Assembly (NCBI GenBank): GCA_047967505.1
Contig: CM106538.1
DNA length: 64,000 nucleotides
Strand: one strand, 5' to 3'
Origin: Dipteris shenzhenensis
Lineage: Eukaryota
In this document: piece by piece, positions 55,420 to 64,000 of the stretch
Numbering within the stretch: the first letter of the stretch is position 1
Layout: each line of letters opens with the position of its first letter
Made by a program: the position numbers and the translations under genes
Notes under the pieces: model-generated
The model's database searches: none
What the model was told of the DNA's origin: nothing
The model's input: only the letters and a program-made list of their open reading frames with translations

Positions 55420-57025
55420 CAATGAATGTGGACCTCAAAAAGTCTAGCTACACAAGAGGGAGAGCTCGTATAATGCTAGACACTGCACATCTAAAAGAGA
55501 CTTGCAATACTCTTTGTTGTAGCAGAATGTGCCTGGTCACTTTTGGGGTTGCAAAATTAAGGGTGTTACGACAAAATTATTTTGAAATGAATAGAGATGA
55601 TCAAAATTTTTATTTAGCATGGTCCATAAGACCTAGGGAAAACAATATGAACAAAATTGTGTTTGAGTATTCATTCAGTTCAAGGATTGTCTTGGCAATG
55701 AAAGGCTAAAAAGATTACAGGCCCACCTTTATAAAGACCCCTGCATTTGTACAGTAGGACAAATGAGAGTGCTTTCATCCTTTTTGCTTTCACGTTATGG
55801 GCTCTCCTGACGACATGGCAATATGGTATGCCCATGGTTGCAAGACTTTGTGCAAAAACATGCCGAGGCTTTTCCAAATAGTGACCAGTTGCACTTACCT
55901 GATAATTTCTCCAAGCATGAGATCCATTCCATGTACAAGGATGCCATGGTTACTACAAGTGACGAGTATGTGACATACCAGCATTTTCGTAGGATTTGGG
56001 ACAATGAATTCAACAACATGAAGATACCAAAGCTTTGTCGCTTTGGTGTGTGTGCCACATGCATAGACTTGAAGGCCTTGTGTAATAGAAGTCAAGGACA
56101 AGAGAGGGGTGTGTGTAATGATGCAGTGAAATTTTGCTTCGTTTTGACAAAAATTGTTTGCTTGCAACATCTAATCATTTTCTATATTTGCAGAAGAAGC
56201 AATCGCAGAGTTGCAAATGCATCAAGAAATGCAAGCTCTAGAAAGGAAGAAGTTAGCGAAGCATCGCAAGAAGAGCTACCAACAACTTGATAAGTACATA
56301 ACCATCATCATTGATGGGATGGATCAAAAGAAGACCAATCTCCCACACTTCAAACAAGTGCCCAAGGATTTGAAAGAGGAGAACTTCATCACATATCACA
56401 TGGTTGGATGCATGATCTACCATGGTGGATTAATCCCCAAGGTTTATTTGACAACACCAAATGTAAGAAATGATCCTAATCTCACAATTTCCGTTCTTAA
56501 TGATGCATTGAGGAATCTTACACAACCTCTTCCAAAAGTATTGTATGTCCAACTTGATAACAGTGAACACATCGAGATAGAACAAGAATCAAGTTGTGTT
56601 GGCATATCTTTGCATGCTTGTGGAGAAAGGCATATTTTTAAAAGTGAAATTAGGAGGGTCATACACACGCCCATATTGATCATATGTTTAGCTAGTTCTC
56701 AGTAAAGCTGAGAAGGAAATAAGCATAGGATGGGGATGCAATGATCCACATTTTACATGATGCATATGTACCAAAACCGATAATTGCAAACATGGAAAAA
56801 ACAACAGATTTCAGGCGCTTTGTGTTTGGTGACAACAAGCGAATTGATCGATGTATTGAGAAGCTTAACAAGTTAAGCTTTCAACACCAATTTCGAATGA
56901 AGAAAGATCAAGAAGGCACGATGTTGTTGTGGGGAAGTTCTATTCCACATCACCGACTTGGGTTCGAGTCAAAGGATTGAAGTTCTTGAAGTGTGTTCCA
57001 GAGTGTGAGTTGTATGTGGCACCCT
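55420..57025 (+). pseudogene. DUF7869/Sola-like putative transposase, 5' part (interrupted by copia-2)
   Basis: FGVCATC, IIIDGMDQKKTNLPHF, DPNLTI, VLYVQLDNS..NKN, LCMLVEKGIF, GHTHAHIDHMFS; intron ~56110-56193. Confidence 0.75.
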
Positions 57026-57195
57026 TGAGAGTGCTCTCAACGGAAGCAAGAACGGAAGAAGGAGAGAGAGAGACAGAGAGCCACACAAGTTTGGTGGGTG
57101 CAGAACCACCCTAATCTTCTTTTTCATTCATTTATATATGTGTTTGAGTATTGTACATAACTGGGGTTAAGGCACAGTGACCTTTAACCCCCACA
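57026..57195 (-). repeat. 3' LTR of copia-2
   Basis: Identical by eye to 62633-62802. Confidence 0.97.
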
Positions 57196-57248
57196 ACCTC
57201 CCACTTAAAGGACAATGTGCCTTTAAGGGAGAATAACTAGTGAGCATA

Positions 57249-60200
57249 CTATCCAATGCCCATCAATACACGACAATACTCAAACCGCTGACTAGGTAGA
57301 CTCTTCGTCAGCATATCTGCAGGGTTATCATCTGTATGAACCTTGACAAGCTCTATGCACTTGTCCTCAAGTACCTCCCTGATGAAATGGTACCTGACCT
57401 CAATGTGTTTGGTCTTTGCATGAAAGACCGGATTCTGTGCTAGCTGAATAGCACTCATGGAATCACTATGCAATGTCGGTACACCTGTATGAATCCCCAA
57501 ATCTCCCACTAGCCGATCAAGCCATATAGCCTCCTTGCAACCCTCTGTGGCTGCAACACATACTCAGCCTCTGTGGTAGACAAAGCAACACACTTCTGTG
57601 CACGAGACATCCACGACACTGCACCACCTGCAAAGGTGAACACATAACCAGAAGTGGATCTCCTACTATCCACATGCCCTGCATAGTCTGAATCTGTGTA
57701 CCCAAGTACACGCATGTCTCCTTTACCAAAGCAGATGCACATCTCCTTGGTACCCTTCATGTACCTCATGATGCACTTAACTGCCTCCCAATGCCTCTTT
57801 CCTGGATTAGCCATATACCGGCTAACAACTCCCACTGCAAATGCAATGTCTGGTCTAGTAGCTATCATAGCATACATAAGACTCCCAACTGCTGATGCAT
57901 AAGGAACCTTGGCCATCATGGCCCTCTCCTCATCTGATTTGGGACTATCTGTATGACTCAGTTTCACATATGGAGGCAATGGAGTACTCACTGCCTTCCC
58001 CCCCTCCATATTGAAACGCTGCAATACTTTTGTAACATACTCTTTTTGTGAAAGCCAAAGGAGTTTTCTACTCCGATCACGCGTGATGCGCATACCAAGA
58101 ATATGACCTGCAAGTCCCAAATCCTTCATATCAAAGGCCTCATGCAACTTCGCCTTTAATGCATCTAGCTCATAAGTATTCTTGCTAGCCAATAGCATAT
58201 CATCCACATATAGTGCCAGGATTATCAGGCTACTATCCTTAGCCCTTTTAGTGTAGAGGCAGTGATCAATTTCACTCCTTCTAAAACCCTGGGACTGAAT
58301 GAAAGCATCAAACTTCTGATACCATTCTCTAGGTGCTTGCTTTGACCATAGAGACTCTTCTTTAGCTTGCAAACTAAATGCTCTTTGCCCTTTTCTTCAA
58401 AGCCTTCCGGCTGCACCATGTAAATTTCCTCATGCAAATCCCCATGCAAGAAAGCTGTCTTGACATCCATTTGCATAAGCTCCATATCCTCTGATGCCAC
58501 TAGTCCAAGCATGCATCTAAGTGTGGTCATCTTCACAACCGGAGAGAATATCTCATCAAAGTCCACACCCTTCTCTTGCTTGAACCCTTTAGCAACCAAA
58601 CGGGCCTTGTACCTAGGCACATCATCACCTGTGACCTTCATTTTGTAGACCCATTTACATGGCAATGCTTTCTTTCCATGTGGCAAAGAAACCAAGTCCC
58701 AAGTCTTATTCTTCATAAGTGAACTCATCTCTGATTGCATAGCATACTCCCACTTGCGTTGATCCTCACGTATCATAGCCTCTTTGTAGCAAGAAGGCTC
58801 CTTGCAATCAGTAAGCATCACATAATCTACACCTGGAACAAACCTATTAGGCGGTCTAGACACTCTAGATGATCTTCTCAAGGGCATTTCAGCTTGCTGT
58901 CCCACCTGCATATCAGCCACATTTGGCTCATCATTTCCACTAATAGATGATCCATCATCTACCCTTGATTGTATACCTGTGGGAGTACTTGGTTGTACCA
59001 TTTCTTGCACATTTGGTGCATGGACAGCTTGCTGTCTATCAACATATGCTGGTGGATTCACATCCTGGAAAGTGATTCTCCTCATTTCCACATCCCTCAT
59101 GGGTGCCTTATGCATCTTCTTCTCATTGAAGACCACATCATGGCTGCGTATGATCTTCTTTGCTTCTGGATCCCAGAGACGATAGCCCATCTCTCCACTT
59201 TCACCATAACCCAGAAAGATGCATTTCCTAGACTTAGGATCTAGCTTCTTTCGAAGCTCTTTTGGCACATGTGCATATGCCTCACACCCAAAGATACGCA
59301 AATGAGAGTAAGAGGGCTTCTTGCCACTCCATGCCTCTTCAGGAATACCACCATCCAAACTCTTACTAGGTGATCTATTGATCACATGCACTGCAGTCTT
59401 CATTGCCTCAGCCCAAAAACCACCAGAAAGACTTGCATTGGAAAGCATGCATTGCAACCTTTCTTGAATGGTACGGTTCATCTTTTCTGCAACTAGATTT
59501 TGCTCTGGAGTACGAGGGGATGTAAGCTCCCTCTTAATCCCACGAGTATCACAGAAATGCTGAAAGTCATGAGAGAGATACTCTCCACCATTGTCAGTCC
59601 GTAGGCATTTAAGCGTTCTACCTGACTGATTCTCAACCAAGGCCAGCCATTTCTGAAATACCTGGAACACATCACTCTTCCGAGCTATAGCATAAGCCCA
59701 CACTTTCCTAGATGCATCATCAATGAATGTCACATAGTATTCAGCCCCGCCTAATGATCGTGTAGGCATGGGACCACATACGTCTGAATGCACCAAATCA
59801 AGCATTTCAAACTCTTTCTTTCCCCTTCTTTTATGGGCTGATTTAGTCTGCTTCCCATAGAGACAATGCTCACAAAATTCAAAATCAGAGAAACTCAAAT
59901 GCGGTACATAACCCAAACGGCATAAGAGTTTCATTCCATTCTGGCTCATGTGCCCCAACCTGCAATGCCACAAAGAAGTGCTTGGCTGCTCGGTTATTGC
60001 AACAACATGATCAAATACCCCTGATACATGTAAGGGATACAAAGTCCCACACTTGGCACCCCTGGCCAAAAGCATAGAGCCCTTTTGAATTTTCCAACTC
60101 TGAAAGCCAAAAGTGGTGTGAAAACCAGCATCATCTAGCTGACCCACTGAAATAAGACTCTTGGTCAGCTTAGGCACATGTCTCACATGTTTCAAAACAA

Positions 60201-61314
60201 ATGCAGACCCATTTGCAAAAGAAAACTTTATGTCACCTGCTCCCACTATGTCACATGCATAGTCATTTCCAAGATGCACACAACCTGTCTTTCCACTATC
60301 ATAAGTGGAGAACCATTCCCTATGGGGAGTAACATGGAATGAAGCACCAGAATCCAAAATCCAATCCTGGGAATATGCATCATCTGAAGTGGTAAGCAAC
60401 TCTGCAGATAAACTAGACATGAAGAGAACATCATTGTCACTATCATGTGTGACTGCATTGATCTCCTCGATCTTCACTTTTCCTTTGTCCTCCCTTGGAC
60501 TCTCTTCCTTTTGATTTGCACCCCAATTTGCATTCTTTTTCTTATCCTTTTGCTCTCTTTTCAGCTTGTAGCAATCCTTTTTCATATGGCCCTTCTTGCC
60601 ACAATGGTAACACTCAATGTTCCGTGCCCTGGATTTGCTACGAGACTTCCCTCTTTCTTGGGACTTCCCCCTGAACTGTGATCTGCCCCTTTGCACATTT
60701 AAGGCTGCATCCTGCTTGTTGCCATCCATAGACTTCCGTCTAATCTCCTCGGCTAACAAGCTACCCACAACATCATCAAATTTCAGTACTCCACCAGGTG
60801 CAGAGTTACTGACAGCTGTACGGAAGGTATCCCATGAGGATGGCAATGAACATAAGAGAAATATTGCCTTAGTCTCCGCATCAAAATTCATTTTTTGAGC
60901 CTGAAGCTGGCTGAAAATAATATTGAATTCATTCAAGTGAGAAGCAATGGAGACCCCTTCCTTCATCTGCAGCTCAAACAACGTCTTCATGAGGTAAACT
61001 TTATTAGAGGCAGTTTCCTTCTCATAAGTGGCACACAGTTTCTTCCACAAATCTTCAGTAGTCTGCTCATTTACTACTGTGAAATAAACTGACTCTGCAA
61101 GATGAAGTCTAATAGTAGACTTTGCTAATGCATCCAACTCATTCCAATCATCCTCAGACATATTTGCAGGCTTAGCTTCAATCCCTGCCAAGGGTTTAAT
61201 CTGCTTCTTTTGAATAAGCACATCCCTTATCTGTTCTTTCGACAAAGAAAAGTTTGTCCCATCAAACTTTTTAATGCTGAAAAACTCCTTTTCAGGCATG
61301 GAAGAGGATGCCAT
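57249..61314 (-). pseudogene. copia gag-pol polyprotein with two frameshifts (~58345, ~57555)
   Basis: KFDGTNF, CYHCGKKGHMKKDC, WILDSGASFH, LWHCRLGH..CEHC, RTDNGGEY, YVDDML, DSDYAG, HAKTKHI; frame changes at KKSLYG/KQAPR and EAEYV. Confidence 0.95.
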
Positions 61315-62618
61315 GATGCAAATAAAGCAAAATCCCAAATGCTAGTGCCTGCAAGAGAGAATCACACCAAATACCAGGTGCACCCAAATGTGTATGCCAC
61401 AATAGAGTGAAATATCACCAAAATTCAAAGCTCAAAGCATCAAAAGATGCATCTGACTCATGTGCATATACTATGCATCCATATGAGCAAATCTGGCCCA
61501 AAAGAAAATGCCAATAAGTGCCAAATGACTCAAGCATAAACACTGTCCACTGGCATATGCATCAATAATGTCTCATCCAAGAGAGCATAGCACTATCAGT
61601 GCATCACCTGCAATGTGTCAAAGCTATCCCTCAGCTTAAAATAGCATCCATGTGCAAAGCGTCCATAAAAAATAGCATCCCACAAGGCAATTTGGGCCTA
61701 TCAGCGCATCCAACAAGGACAGCAATGCATCCAAATGGCCTATAAATCATCCACTGAGATGCTTCAAAACATGGGCGCCATTGCATAATCGGAATCAGCA
61801 AGAAAATCTGCAAATATCTCTCTTCTGCCAGAACTCCAAAATCCCAACCGATGAGTGAGAAATGGGAGTCAACACTTATCCACTGCCATGTGGCATAAAT
61901 CTAAGGTTTCAAAACCTTAGTATGAAAAATGCATAATAGAGAGACGAAATCGAATACACAGAGATTTATAACTCTGAAAATCCTCCACCGAATCGCGCAA
62001 GAACTGATAGGTAGGGGTTTTTGGGCGTCCGGAACGCAATGGGACAGACGGTTTTGGAAATCGTGGTCTCAATCACTGGGTCCAACACACGGACTGAAAA
62101 ACGTTTTTGGAAACAGAGCTATCTGTAAACTCCACCGGAGTGCGAATGATGAGCAACATAGAAGTTTTAGGACCTCCTGAGTCCACCGGAACTGATAGAT
62201 CTGCAAATGGTTGCTCCAAACTTGAGTTCCAACACCCGGGCAAAAAACGCAGGAACTGATACAGTGACTCAGAAATCCAATGAAATGATCCCAGATTCAG
62301 GAATGAAGGTGTTTCCAGGCTCCTGAAGTAATGTGGACACCAAAAGCAAGCAATAGTTGCCTCTACAAGTCAATACGGAGTCTCTGTCATCGAACGGAAC
62401 AGGGAAAAGCTCAAAAAACGACTTTTTCTTTGAAAGCTCTTAACAGGATCTCAAAACCACTTCGCAAAGCCAAAGTGACTTTTCCAAATGTTCCTCCAAG
62501 GTCTCTGCACACTCGGATGCAAGTAAAGTCACCCACAAAGCTTCCCACAGAGCTTCTCCTTCCTCCCACAGAGCTGCTGAGCTTCAAGCATTCACGGACG
62601 CTCAGCTAGATCACCCGG

Positions 62619-62630
62619 GCTCTGATACCA
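62619..62630 (-). promoter_or_regulatory. Primer-binding site, tRNA-iMet
   Basis: Minus strand TGGTATCAGAGC, 2 nt from the 5' LTR. Confidence 0.95.
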
Positions 62631-62632
62631 GT

Positions 62633-62802
62633 TGAGAGTGCTCTCAACGGAAGCAAGAACGGAAGAAGGAGAGAGAGAGACAGAGAGCCACACAAGTTTG
62701 GTGGGTGCAGAACCACCCTAATCTTCTTTTTCATTCATTTATATATGTGTTTGAGTATTGTACATAACTGGGGTTAAGGCACAGTGACCTTTAACCCCCA
62801 CA
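62633..62802 (-). repeat. 5' LTR of copia-2
   Basis: TG...CA on the minus strand, flanked by TSD. Confidence 0.97.
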
Positions 62803-62807
62803 ACCCT

Positions 62808-63400
62808 TACAACCTTTACAAATCAGTGAGGGAGTTGCAAGGAGCCATGAAGGAGGGGAGAGATGGGAGGAGAGAGAAATGTACCTTAGAGCAAGAAAGT
62901 CCAAAAAAGCCAAGGAAAGGGTTCAAGAAATATGGAGTGGTAGGATCGAGGACTTGGTAGTGGGTATGATGGTTGCTGTGTTAGCAACAGATGATCCTAG
63001 TGGATTTCCTTTTTGGAGCTAAAGTTGTGAAAGTTGAAAAGGAAGGTTCAAACACCAAGTTAATAGAGGTGCATTGGTTTTTCACCAAGTCCATGGATGC
63101 TTTCATGGGTTGATATAACCCATAGATGGTGGTAACAAGGAAGTGTGGCCAAAAAGAAAAGAGGGCGACAAGGAATTGTCCAAGAATTGATACTCTACAA
63201 TTGGATGAGGTAGATATTTTGGTATATGCAGTTTAATTAACACAAGTCCGGCATTTGCCAAAGGAGACACAATACATAATATCCCAAAAAGTTCCAAAGA
63301 CATTAATCGGATGCAATGAACAAATGAAAGGCAAGACACGCCATGCAAAAAATAGGGTGGCAGCTAAACTTGCCCAGGTTGTTTGACTTGGAGAATGTTC
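62808..63400 (+). pseudogene. 3' continuation of the DUF7869-like gene or a linked ORF
   Basis: Reading VAP|LQPLQISE continues across the insertion site; GMMVAVLATDDPSGFPFW-AKVVKV..IEVHWF follows. Confidence 0.5.
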
Positions 63401-63841
63401 TAGTGGGGGATAGCCTAGAGGAGGAAGGATCTTCAACTTCTACTGCACAAAGCTTAGGCTCTAGTGCATTTGAAGGTGTAGGATCAGAGGATGAGTACTG
63501 CTCTTTGTAGGATTGATGGCATGTATATTTTTGCAACAATGTGATTTGTACCTTTTTAGGATTTTGAAATGTGTTATGACATGGTCCTTTTATGTGCATT
63601 GGATGTATACGCCCTTATTATATTGGTTTTAAAAAATTAATGTATTTTTTGAAATTTTGGTATTCCAAGTGTAGGTGTTTGTGCCTGTTTTCCAAAAAAA
63701 CTTTGTCGGCAAAATTTCATAAAAGCATGGTTTTTATGTATTTTTCCAAAAATCATCGCGCAAAAAGGCCATCGTTTTTCAGATAAACATAAAATTCACA
63801 TGAAAAAGAGGGAATCTTTCAAACATTTTCCTAGAGTTCAG

Positions 63842-63970
63842 GTTATACTGTTTGTAATGTGGTGCTATTTCACATGCAACAGGATGGAAGGGTGCACAGT
63901 TCTTGAATTAGATGTTATACTGTTTGTAATGTGGTGCTATTTCACATACAACAGGATGGAAGGGTGCACA
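63842..63970. repeat. Tandem duplication, 71-bp period
   Basis: GTTATACTGTTTGTAATGTGGTGCTATTTCACAT.CAACAGGATGGAAGGGTGCACAG twice. Confidence 0.9.
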
Positions 63971-64000
63971 GGGAATGAGATTTGTCCACAGTGGTCTAGA

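Larger units (their letters stand above)
57026..62802 (-). mobile_element. Full-length Ty1/copia LTR retrotransposon (copia-2)
   Basis: 170-bp LTRs 57026-57195 and 62633-62802, 5-bp TSD ACCCT (57021-57025 / 62803-62807), PBS 62619-62630, PPT 57196-57206. Confidence 0.98.

Noticed and set aside
63987-63994. CACAGTGG (RSS heptamer / Transib-like terminus) at the window edge
   Set aside because: An 8-mer with no visible partner or nonamer; CACAGTG also occurs by chance elsewhere in the window

Overview
Eukaryotic, transposon-saturated heterochromatic DNA. GT-AG introns, tRNA-iMet-primed copia elements, telo-boxes and pervasive CAG>TAG decay point to a land plant (a seed-free plant such as a fern is my guess, not shown). 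I found no intact host gene. Ordinary content: two young full-length Ty1/copia elements (1619-7065 +, 57026-62802 -), a decayed L1 LINE, a decayed Rep/helicase/endonuclease rolling-circle element, a DUF7869/Sola-like transposase, and a ~5.8-kb foldback tandem array. The highlight is a 6.84-kb DNA transposon (23527-30367) with 32-bp CATTAG-starting terminal inverted repeats. It encodes (i) an intron-containing RAG1/Transib-like DDE transposase, (ii) a histone H3 derivative whose ~275-aa N-terminal extension carries three H3-tail motifs, and (iii) a convergent gene that has a BAH-like domain in a sister copy. Two further partial copies of this family are in the window. Nearby are a second, distinct H3-like gene with some CENH3-like residues, a ParB-like/beta-class amino-DNA-methyltransferase gene, and a possible 2OG-Fe(II) dioxygenase relic. 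All of these copies are pseudogenised. Domain calls come from manual motif recognition and need HMM or structure searches.
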